From: Caecitellus pseudoparvulus
Lineage: Eukaryota > Protista > Bigyra: Bicosoecida
Assembly (NCBI GenBank): GCA_965644315.1
Contig: CBFFRQ010000055.1
Coordinates: forward strand, 124,001-188,000
Length of the DNA stretch: 64,000 nt
Direction of reading: 5' to 3'
Position numbers and translations under genes: made by a program. Below, piece by piece: positions 1-12,000 of the stretch (the stretch's first letter is position 1; the number at the start of each line of letters is the position of its first letter). Under the pieces are notes generated by a model. That model was not told the origin of the DNA and made no database searches. It saw only the letters and a program-made list of their open reading frames with translations.

Positions 1-1
1 G

Positions 2-3000
2 CAAACACTGCTTGCCGCCATCGAGCCGACACCACCAGCTCCACTTCGACTCCCCCCAGGCTCGCTTGTGAACTTATCCCAGGTGGTTCGCTTTCGAGAA
101 GAAACGGCAACCGCTTGCGCTCTACGCTTGGTACATTCAGCGGCAGGCCGCTTGTCCCTCCTGGGCCTTGTGAATGCGTCGACCGAGGCCAGCACTGAGA
201 TGGTGTTCGGAAGTGGGAACTTCTCTGATATTTTGGACACCATGCAGCCTCTTGGAGGTGGTCAGGGTGGCGTCCAGTTCATGTTTGGTGAAGTGAATGT
301 CACCGCCCCAGGTCCGCCGGGCAACGTTACTGTTGTGACCGAGTGGGCAGTGCCTGCTGACTTTCCTGCCGTTGCGAGTTCGGGCAGTGTGACAGCTTCC
401 GCATCCTTGGCATGCACAGAGGTGCTGGATACATCCTCCACGAGCTCTCTTGCTCTGGCTTTTGTGGAGCCTCGGTTGACACTTGCCCGTACATCTCCTG
501 GTGGAGCTGAGGTTCTGGCCTTACCTGGATCGGAGCTCTCACTTATGAGCGAAGTCCGGGCGACACCCGGGATTCAGCGCTCTGAAGCATTCAACATAAG
601 CCTGCTTGATGTGAATGCGAACCCGCGTGAGTACCAGCTGCGAGCCGTTGGCGTGAATGGCTTGGCAATGTGGAACTGCACAGGCGTGGATTGTGGCTTT
701 CGCACCGAAGGGACTGGCCCAGGGGGGTCCTTCGCCCCCTACTTTCTCACCATCGCCAATGATACAGAACCTGGTGAAGTGCACTTGCTCGAGTACGCCA
801 TCGTTTTGAACATAAGCCAAGAAAGCAACACCTTGGCGTTTGTCATGCTTGAGGCACACTATCAGTCCCTTCCAATGGAGCTGCATCCAGCTTCTCCCCT
901 CAGGTACTACACTGCCCAGCTGACCATTCCTATCCGGGCGTCATTGCCGTCAGCGGCGATCGAGGTCAACAACACTGTGTCGCAGGCGCCTTTTCGCCTG
1001 CAGGTCGGCGAGGTGATTAGGATGCGTGCTAGGGCAGCATTCGTCCCTGGTCGCATGCTCGCTGCTGAAGTTCGCCTGACGACGTCCCTTTCCGGTGTTT
1101 TACAAGCTCTGGACTTTGGGAATGTCACCCTTCTGTCACCCTTGCTTGTCGAGAGCAGCCTGGGCCCGCTCCCCACATCATGGGAGGCCGCGTCACTGGC
1201 GAGTGCTGGCACGACAGTCTTTTCTCTTGCTCTAGGCGATGTGCAAGCATTTGGAAATGCGTCTCATGTTGCTGAGCTTGAATTCGACGTCATGGCCCGC
1301 GTGTTGGACGTGCCGGCAGCAGCTGCTGGCTCACCTGTCTCCCTGAGCGCGAACATCGTTGCCGCTGCGATTCCAATCGGCACTGTTCGAGCATCTCAGG
1401 TTCACACATTTCAAGAACCAGTTCTTCAGCTTTCAGCAGCTGCCCCTGTTGGTTTGGAAGTTCAGGCTGGTTCGGAATTTGTACTCACTGGGCACATCCT
1501 GGCGGGGTCCGCCCCCCCTGACGGGCATGCGTGGCACGTGCATCTGCACGACGACACCGCGTCCCTAGATACCTATCGAATCATGAATGTGACCGTTGAT
1601 GGGGTCCTCACATGGCAGTATGACTCGATGAACACTAGTTCAGGAAGAGTTGCAGAAGGGGCAGGGCCCTCTGGTGCCTCTTCGCTCCTCACTGCCATCG
1701 CATACCTCGGCGCCGGGGACGAGGCAACAGTGCAGTACGCGGTTCGGGTACTGCCTCACTTTTTGGTTGGTGTTCCTTTCAGTATCGACCTCCGCCTTGA
1801 ATGGGACACTCACTTCAACGCATCTGCAGCGCGGCAACTTACATCCCACGTGTCGGTGCCAGTAGCTGCACTTCAACCAACAACCCACTTCACCTCCATT
1901 TTGAATGATGGGTTTGCTCCTCCATCCTTGCATGTGAGGGGATCAACCCTTTTCGTCAACTTCACTATGTTTTTCCCCAAGGGCAGGGTTCCAGGGCTGG
2001 TGTGCAGGCTCCGCGACTCGAACGATGCTGTTTCTTTTGTGCGTGTCGTGTCCGTGACTGCGTCCAGTGGGCTTTGGCTCATGGATGGCTCACTCTGGCA
2101 AACAGCCCATACAAGCAAGTCCACTGTTCTTGGGCAAGTTGGTGTGGATGTAAACCTTGGCGACACGAATAACACAGGGCTGTCACTTGAAACACAAGAG
2201 TTCATCTCGATTGCAGTGGAGGCATACGTGACAGACGCAAGCACGTTCTCTGCAGCACTCACTGCAGGTACTTTCACAGCCGAGTGGGAGTCCGGCGGCG
2301 GGTTTGCGCCACCAATAATTGCCACTCAAGGGATTGGGATCGCGGAACCGGTGCTGGCCATCACGTCTCTGATAAAATCGCCTGCTCCAGATGCCGAGGC
2401 AGGTGATGTCGTGCAGTTCACCCTCACGGTTGAAGTGCAGGCGTGCACCCTCTGTTCTGATGCATTTTCTGTTCAAGTTTTCGACAGAGGCCTTGCCCAG
2501 GGCTGGTACCATGTCAAGTCAGTTTCCCTCAATTCTGTCAGCACATTCACGGCTGGTCCACCGCCGAGTGGGGATGCTTTGGCTGGTTTTGGCCCTGGAG
2601 GAAGTCGGGAACCCATGCTGCTCCTGAACGTTTCCTCTATCTCGTCAGGGTCTGTTGTATCCATTGACTACTCGCTTGGTGTCGTCATGCAGGCGCAGCT
2701 GGGAGGCACCCTTTCACCACCACTGGAAGTACATTGGACCACCCATCCTTCACCGCAGCACGGAGGTTCACTGGATCGGTTGGTGTCCCAAGTCGCCCCC
2801 GTTCAGCCCTTGCAGAGCCTCAGTACGTCAGGGTTGTTTTTATCCGATGCTGCAACGCCACAGCCACAAGACGCCGCTGTAGGTGCTGAGGTGTTGGTCT
2901 CGGTGGCTGTGCAAGTGCCTCAAGGGTCCGCCAACGATTCCATCTTGCATGTTGACTTTGACGCGTCAAATGTCATGGCTTTTGTTGAAATGGTCAACAT

Positions 3001-6000
3001 CTCTGCTTCTGTTGGGGTCTTTTCTTCCCTCGGGCAGTGGGACACCCCTGCTTTCGCCCCCTCTCTCAAAGGGCCGGCAGGCACTGACGGGTGCTCAGTA
3101 GAGTTGGGGCACTTGAACAACACTCAACTGGATGCTGTGCTTCAGGAAATAGTCATTTGGCTTCGATTTGTGGTGCAGGAGTCGGCAGCTTCCGTGCACG
3201 GGGCCCAAGTCAATTCTGTTTTGTCTGTTGAGAGCACTTTAACCCCATTGGGTTCACAGGTCTTCAGCCTACCAGCTATGACTGTGGTCGAGCCTCAAGT
3301 CGTCTGCACAAGCATCCCCGCATCAAGCTTTAGTGCTGATTCTCAAGACGTCGTTGCGTGGAACTTGACTTGGAGCGCCTCCCAAAACCATGCATGGTGC
3401 CTGCAGCTCGACGATCCAGGGTTGGAGGCAGGATTTCACAGAGTTTTGGATGTGTGGCTTGACGGAGCACTGCAGTGGGAGGCGACAAACGCTTCATTTG
3501 GCTTAGCTCAAGCGAACACCGGCCCTGGAGGTTCAGCCAGCCCTACACGCTTGCTGCGCCCGCCTTGCACGGCAGGCCTCGTGCCTTCCCTCAACTCACA
3601 AGCAGACATCGGTTATGAAGTTCAGAGCACCATCCAATTTGCTTCGACTCACGCACCCAACTTTCGGGTGCACTGGTCGTCACACTTTGCACCTATCCGA
3701 GGAGCACAGGACGCACGTAACTACTCAGCCGTTTGCGCACCAGCGAGTTATACAGTTCCACAGCCTGTTGTTGATCTCGCAGCCACTACCGAAGGATTTG
3801 GAATATCCTCAGCTTCATTGGTGCCCGGTGAGCTCTTGTTTGTGAATGTGTCTGTCTCTGTTCCAGAAGGAACAGGCGTTCTGTCAGTGCTTGAGCTTGC
3901 TACAGCCATCACCCCTGCTGCTTCTGGCCAGGTCCTAAACTTAGTGAACTCAACTGTCGCAGCCTCCAGCCCTGCGTTAACTTCAAGCCTTATCGGTTCT
4001 AGCTGGGAGCTTTCTGCGTTGAGTGAGAGTGCTGATGCTTTCAATCAATTAAATGTTACCCTTGAGTGGGGAACACTTCTAAACCTGGCTGCTTCCAACC
4101 CAATTCCTGAGCTGCTTTTGGTGGAGTTTTGGCTCGCAGTGTCCAATGTGACAGCTCAGCAAGCAAGTGGACTGGACTTGTCGCCCACATTTTCCACGCT
4201 GCTGTCGCACAGCACAACTGGAACAAGCTTTTCCATCGCTGAGCCATCCGTTTCTGTCGTGAACACAGGCCCCGCTAGGTACAAAGTTGACGCGTTTGAC
4301 ACCTCCAACTTCACCGTCAGCGTCCAGGCAGCGGGCTGTTTGCACTGCAGCTCTGCCTTCGGCGTTCAGGTTCGCGACCGAAACTTGATGCTGGATCGCT
4401 ACATTATCCTAAACGTTTGGCTTGACGCTTTCCTGGTCTGGTCTGCAAACATTTCCGATCCCGATGCTGGTCGAGCCACGGCTGGAAAAGGCCCAGGGGG
4501 CAGCCAGGACCCCAGTGCTTTGCTGCCTTCTCCAATTGACAGAATTTCGCGTGGGGGGGCGAAGATCGTCACATACTCGACGATGCCTCGTGAGACTGCC
4601 ATTGGCGGGGCAGATTTGGAGTCTGACGTTGAATGCTCTTGGCTAAGTCATGACCTTGGAGAGGTTCAGGGACGACCAGCGATGGCCCACCCTCGAGCAT
4701 ATGGAGGTAGCATTGACATCCAGCCAGTTCTCGAAATTGCCGGGATCGTGGGATCCATGTCTGTGGAAGATTTCGGAGGCTCTGCAGCTCGTGTTCCAGT
4801 TGGTGAGGTAGTCAGCGTGCTGGTCAAGTTGATTGTCCCCGAGGGGAGTTTTCCTGATGGAGTGTTGAGGATTCAGGCTGCACCTGGGTTGCTTGTGTTT
4901 GACGAGGTCTTAAGCTTGCAAGGAACCCCACCAGCGACCATCTGGTCTTCAACAGGTAATTGGGGTGAGCCAGGTTTGCCGAGTGTATTGTATGACAGTC
5001 TTCACTCCAGTAATCTTTCCTTGGGAATCGGCAGTATCATCAACTCGGACAACGACAACACCCAGCAGGAGATGATAGAGCTTTGGCTGCTGTGCCATTC
5101 CAGTAACGCTTCCTTGAATACCGCTGGTCAAGAAGTTAGCCTTGCGACACTGGTCATTTCTAATGAGAACAATGTCACGGATGCCCCCATCTCGGGTGTG
5201 GTGACAACACTTGAACCTGTTGTCTCTGTTCAGTGTACTTCGTGTGGAGGGCATTCCGTCGACGCACACGACATTGTATATGTGGAGTATTCCATTACTG
5301 CAGCTGCTTGCCCTCTGTGTTCGTCAGCATACGCTGTGTCAATCATGGATTCAGACGCGTCCATGGGGCGCTACTTTGTACGTCAGGTGCTGGTCAACGG
5401 TTCCACGACATGGCAGTCAGACCCAATCCTTGCAAGCAGTGGGAATCTGTCCCTTGGCCTGGGGCCCTCCCAAGGTGTCACTCCAGGCAGCTTTGCTTTC
5501 GTCGATGAGGTGGCCGCAGGGACAACTGCGACGGTTGGCGTGTACCTGCAGTTGGGAGCGCGACTAGCGTTGAACTCAAACTTCACCCTGGAAGTTCAAG
5601 TTCAGTATGCAAGCGCAGTAAACTTGACATACGCCAGGTTTTACAATCAACCTGCCAGTCAGAATGCGCGTTTTCTGGCAAAGACGTCCTCCATACGTAT
5701 GGTGTCCAACATCAACCGTCCCAACTATGACAGCACAGTTGATGCCGAGGTCACACAAGGCCACGAGATCTGTTGGGCAATATCTTTGACCTTGTTTGAA
5801 GGAGTGCAGAGCCAAACCCAGCTGTCCTTTTCAATTAGTCCAACGCAGTTTGCGGTGCAGACTGCGACAATCATGCCCCTGAATTCCACCCTTTCCATGT
5901 CGGCGGGCAATCATGGCACCTTGCAAAGCCAGGCAGACGCCGCAGTACATTTTCAGCCCTTCGTTCTGGCGCTCGGGGACGTTTTCAATGGAGATGACGC

Positions 6001-9000
6001 CAACAATGTGACGGAAACTTTGGTCGTACAGCTGTGCGGCTTTGCGTTGAATGACTCTGTCAATGCTGCAGGTCTCCTCGCCCAAGCCGAGGCTTCTTTC
6101 ACAATCGGTGGCGAGTTGATTCAGTCAGACGCCACCACGCACCTCACTCGGTCTCCTACGGTATTCCTCGAAGCTGAAGCACTAGCTGCAATGTCAGGTC
6201 TTGCGGCTGGTAGTACGTTCCAAGTGAACATTCGACTGGAGGTTCCATCTACCCCAACTTCGAGTTCAGCTTTTGATTTGCAGCTGTTCGAGCCACTGTA
6301 TGCGACTGGACTTACCCGTATCTTGTCTGTGGTTGCGAATGGTACGACGTACTGGAGTTCATCAGGTCAGGGCACTGGTGTCGCTCAGAATGGCACTGGC
6401 CCAGGTCTGTCGGAGGAGCCAGGCTTGCTGTGGAACACGTCTTCACTGGTCAACGGAGATCATGTCAACTTGGTGCTTAACTTTGAGGTTCTCGGTGCAG
6501 CTCAAGCTGGAATGCTGAGAGCACTTGAGTTTAGACTCTGCTTTTCGTCCCTACCTCAAACGGTCAGAGCCTTGCACATGCAAGTTTCAAACGCAGACTT
6601 GAACATCTTGATCAAGTCCCATGCATTGTTAGGCACCATATCTCCTGCAGTATCGGTAGTTCATGGACAGCCTGTCCACGTGAGCACAGCCTTAACAGTG
6701 CCTCAAGGGTCGCAGCTTGATGTATCAGTAAGCTTGCAAGCGGTGTCCACTGGGTTCCTTTCATTTGAGCCTTGGATGTCGCTGGTAAACGTCACACAGA
6801 ACCCTCAGCAAGTGCAACTGCAACTATTAGGAACTTCAAACACAACTGGTGCGGTTACATTTGGGTCCGAAATTGTATGGGACGCACTCCGCGTGTTCAA
6901 CTTCGCCAACTCCAGTGACACTGACGAAGTCTTGCTCCTCAACTACTTAACAGGCCTGAACTCTTCCGCCCCACAAGCAGCTGGTGATCTCATCCAGATT
7001 CATAGGTCTTTTTCGTCCCTGGAAGACGCTGCCATCGCACCAAGTCAGATCTTGACGGTGTATGAGCCTGAGGTGGCGAGCGTGGCGTGGGGCGCGGCCG
7101 TGCACACAGTGGATGCTCACGACGTGCTGAACGTGAGTTTGGCGGTGGTGCCGGCAGGCGGCGCAGCCTCCTCGACGTTGTTTGATGTGGAGCTGTCTGA
7201 TCTGGACGTCTGCGATGGAGGGGCATCCAGCGGACTGTACAGGTACACACGTGCGTGGGCATTTGTGGGCGGCGTGGGGAGGGGTGTGGACGTAGCGGGG
7301 TGGTGTGGGGGTGGGGGTCCTGGGAGCACGCTGCAGGTGGTGGACGCTCTGGAGCAGGGTCAGGACCTGGACATCGTGCTGGAGGTGCAGGTGAATGCGA
7401 GTGTGTCTGCGGAGGAGTCACACAGCTTGAGGGGGCGGGTGGGGTGGTCCAGCTACCCTGCCACTTCCTTGGTGCCCGTTCTCGTGCCGAGAGTATATAC
7501 AATGGACACCTTGGTGGGTTTGGAGGTGCAGACGCGGCTGCTGGCGGTGGACAGCGTGACCAGGAGCGCGCAGGGCACGGCAGTGTCAGGCGATGCTGGT
7601 GCGGTGTCGTTTGGGTCTGTGGTGGAGGTGGAGGGGCGGGTGCTCGTGCCTGAGGGCATGCACACGGGCGTGAACGTGACGATTGCGTCAGTGGCCTCGA
7701 CGTGTACGTACTTGGATGCTGCGTCTGTGGTGGTTGTGGGGGGTGTCAGCTTGGTGCTGGGCACGCAGAGCGAGGTGTGGAGTCCATCTGCGGGTGCGGC
7801 CGATGCTGTGACGGTGCAGTTTGCCAGCGTGCACAGCACGGGTGTGAATGCGCCAGATGCATTCTTGACGGTGCGTGTCGACAGCGTGGTGCGGGATCTG
7901 CCTGGGTGTGGAGCTGGTGACACGTTGGAGTGGGAGGTGCGGGTGTGGAGCAGCGAGCAGAGCAGCGTGCAGGTGATGTTGGGGAGCAGCATGACGGTGT
8001 ATGAGCCTGAGGTGGCGAGCGTGGCGTGGGGCGCGGCCGTGCACACAGTGGATGCTCACGACGTGCTGAACGTGAGTTTGGCGGTGGTGCCGGCAGGCGG
8101 CGCAGCCTCCTCGACGTTGTTTGATGTGGAGCTGTCTGATCTGGACGTCTGCGATGGAGGGGCATCCAGCGGACTGTACAGGTACACACGTGCGTGGACA
8201 TTTGTGGGCGGCGTGGGGAGGGGTGTGGACGTAGCGGGGTGGTGTGGGGGTGGGGGTCCTGGGAGCACGCTGCAGGTGGTGGACGCTCTGGAGCAGGGTC
8301 AGGACCTGGACATCGTGCTGGAGGTGCAGGTGAATGCGAGTGTGTCTGCGGAGGAGTCACACAGCTTGAGGGGGCGGGTGGGGTGGTCCAGCTACCCTGC
8401 CACTGCACTGCAACACCCAGGCAGCTCGTCGACGTACGATGCTGACGCCTTGGTGGGTTTGGAGGTGCAGACGCGGCTGCTGGCGGTGGACAGCGTGACC
8501 AGGAGCGCGCAGGGCACGGCAGTGTCAGGCGATGCTGGTGCGGTGTCGTTTGGGTCTGTGGTGGAGGTGGAGGGGCGGGTGCTCGTGCCTGAGGGCATGC
8601 ACACGGGCGTGAACGTGACGATTGCGTCAGTGGCCTCGACGTGTACGTACTTGGATGCTGCGTCTGTGGTGGTTGTGGGGGGTGTCAGCTTGGTGCTGGG
8701 CACGCAGAGCGAGGTGTGGAGTCCATCTGCGGGTGCGGCCGATGCTGTGACGGTGCAGTTTGCCAGCGTGCACAGCACGGGTATGAATGCGCCAGATGCA
8801 TTCTTGACGGTGCGTGTCGACAGCGTGGTGCGGGATCTGCCTGGGTGTGGAGCTGGTGACACGTTGGAGTGGGAGGTGCGGGTGTGGAGCAGTGAGCAGA
8901 GCAGCGTGCAGGTGATGTTGGGGAGCAGCATGACGGTGTATGAGCCTGAGGTGGCGAGCGTGGCGTGGGGCGCGGCCGTGCACACAGTGGATGCTCACGA

Positions 9001-12000
9001 CGTGCTGAACGTGAGTTTGGCGGTGGTGCCGGCAGGCGGCGCAGCCTCCTCGACGTTGTTTGATGTGGAGCTGTCTGATCTGGACGTCTGCGATGGAGGG
9101 GCATCCAGCGGACTGTACATGTACACACGTGCGTGGACATTTGTGGGCGGCGTGGGGAGGGGTGTGGACGTAGCGGGGTGGTGTGGGGGTGGGGGTCCTG
9201 GGAGCACGCTGCAGGTGGTGGACGCTCTGGAGCAGGGTCAGGACCTGGACATCGTGCTGGAGGTGCAGGTGAATGCGAGTGTGTCTGCGGAGGAGTCACA
9301 CAGCTTGAGGGGGCGGGTGGGGTGGTCCAGCTACCCTGCCACTGCACTGCAACACCCAGGCAGCTCGTCGACGTACGATGCTGACGCCTTGGTGGGTTTG
9401 GAGGTGCAGACGCGGCTGCTGGCGGTGGACAGCGTGACCAGGAGCGCGCAGGGCACGGCAGTGTCAGGCGATGCTGGTGCGGTGTCGTTTGGGTCTGTGG
9501 TGGAGGTGGAGGGGCGGGTGCTCGTGCCTGAGGGCATGCACACAGGCGTGAACGTGACGATTGCGTCAGTGGCCTCGGCGTGTACGTACTTGGATGCTGC
9601 GTCTGTGGTGGTTGTGGGGGGTGTCAGCTTGGTGCTGGGCACGCAGAGCGAGGTGTGGAGTCCATCTGCGGGTGCGGCCGATGCTGTGACGGTGCAGTTT
9701 GCCAGCGTGCACAGCACGGGTATGAATGCGCCAGATGCATTCTTGACGGTGCGTGTCGACAGCGTGGTGCGGGATCTGCCTGGGTGTGGAGCTGGTGACA
9801 CGTTGGAGTGGGAGGTGCGGGTGTGGAGCAGCGAGCAGAGCAGCGTGCAGGTGATGTTGGGGAGCAACATGACGGTGTATGAGCCTGAGGTGGCGAGCGT
9901 GGCGTGGGGCGCGGCCGTGCACACAGTGGATGCTCACGACGTGCTGAACGTGAGTTTGGCGGTGGTGCCGGCAGGCGGCGCAGCCTCCTCGACGTTGTTT
10001 GATGTGGAGCTGTCTGATCTGGACGTCTGCGATGGAGGGGCATCCAGCGGACTGTACATGTACACACGTGCGTGGGCATTTGTGGGCGGCGTGGGGAGGG
10101 GTGTGGACGTAGCGGGGTGGTGTGGGGGTGGGGGTCCTGGGAGCACGCTGCAGGTGGTGGACGCTCTGGAGCAGGGTCAGGACCTGGACATCGTGCTGGA
10201 GGTGCAGGTGAATGCGAGTGTGTCTGCGGAGGAGTCACACAGCTTGAGGGGGCGGGTGGGGTGGTCCAGCTACCCTGCCACTGCACTGCAACACCCAGGC
10301 AGCTCGTCGACGTACGATGCTGACGCCTTGGTGGGTTTGGAGGTGCAGACGCGGCTGCTGGCGGTGGACAGCGTGACCAGGAGCGTGCAGGGCACGGCAG
10401 TGTCAGGCGATGCTGGTGCGGTGTCGTTTGGGTCTGTGGTGGAGGTGGAGGGGCGGGTGCTCGTGCCTGAGGGCATGCACACGGGCGTGAACGTGACGAT
10501 TGCGTCAGTGGCCTCGACGTGTACGTACTTGGATGCTGCGTCTGTGGTGGTTGTGGGGGGTGTCAGCTTGGTGCTGGGCACGCAGAGCGAGGTGTGGAGT
10601 CCATCTGCGGGTGCGGCCGATGCTGTGACGGTGCAGTTTGCCAGCGTGCACAGCACGGGTATGAATGCGCCAGATGCATTCTTGACGGTGCGTGTCGACA
10701 GCGTGGTGCGGGATCTGCCTGGGTGTGGAGCTGGTGACACGTTGGAGTGGGAGGTGCGGGTGTGGAGCAGTGAGCAGAGCAGCGTGCAGGTGATGTTGGG
10801 GAGCAGCATGACGGTGTATGAGCCTGAGGTGGCGAGCGTGGCGTGGGGCGCGGCCGTGCACACAGTGGATGCTCACGACGTGCTGAACGTGAGTTTGGCG
10901 GTGGTGCCGGCAGGCGGCGCAGCCTCCTCGACGTTGTTTGATGTGGAGCTGTCTGATCTGGACGTCTGCGATGGAGGGGCATCCAGCGGACTGTACAGGT
11001 ACACACGTGCGTGGACATTTGTGGGCGGCGTGGGGAGGGGTGTGGACGTAGCGGGGTGGTGTGGGGGTGGGGGTCCTGGGAGCACGCTGCAGGTGGTGGA
11101 CGCTCTGGAGCAGGGTCAGGACCTGGACATCGTGCTGGAGGTGCAGGTGAATGCGAGTGTGTCTGCGGAGGAGTCACACAGCTTGAGGGGGCGGGTGGGG
11201 TGGTCCAGCTACCCTGCCACTGCACTGCAACACCCAGGCAGCTCGTCGACGTACGATGCTGACGCCTTGGTGGGTTTGGAGGTGCAGACGCGGCTGCTGG
11301 CGGTGGACAGCGTGACCAGGAGCGCGCAGGGCACGGCAGTGTCAGGCGATGCTGGTGCGGTGTCGTTTGGGTCTGTGGTGGAGGTGGAGGGGCGGGTGCT
11401 CGTGCCTGAGGGCATGCACACGGGCGTGAACGTGACGATTGCGTCAGTGGCCTCGGCGTGTACGTACTTGGATGCTGCGTCTGTGGTGGTTGTGGGGGGT
11501 GTCAGCTTGGTGCTGGGCACGCAGAGCGAGGTGTGGAGTCCATCTGCGGGTGCGGCCGATGCTGTGACGGTGCAGTTTGCCAGCGTGCACAGCACGGGTG
11601 TGAATGCGCCAGATGCATTCTTGACGGTGCGTGTCGACAGCGTGGTGCGGGATCTGCCTGGGTGTGGAGCTGGTGACACGTTGGAGTGGGAGGTGCGGGT
11701 GTGGAGCAGCGAGCAGAGCAGCGTGCAGGTGATGTTGGGGAGCAGCATGACGGTGTATGAGCCTGAGGTGGCGAGCGTGGCGTGGGGCGCGGCCGTGCAC
11801 ACAGTGGATGCTCACGACGTGCTGAACGTGAGTTTGGCGGTGGTGCCGGCAGGCGGCGCAGCCTCCTCGACGTTGTTTGATGTGGAGCTGTCTGATCTGG
11901 ACGTCTGCGATGGAGGGGCATCCAGCGGACTGTACAGGTACACACGTGCGTGGGCATTTGTGGGCGGCGTGGGGAGGGGTGTGGACGTAGCGGGGTGGTG

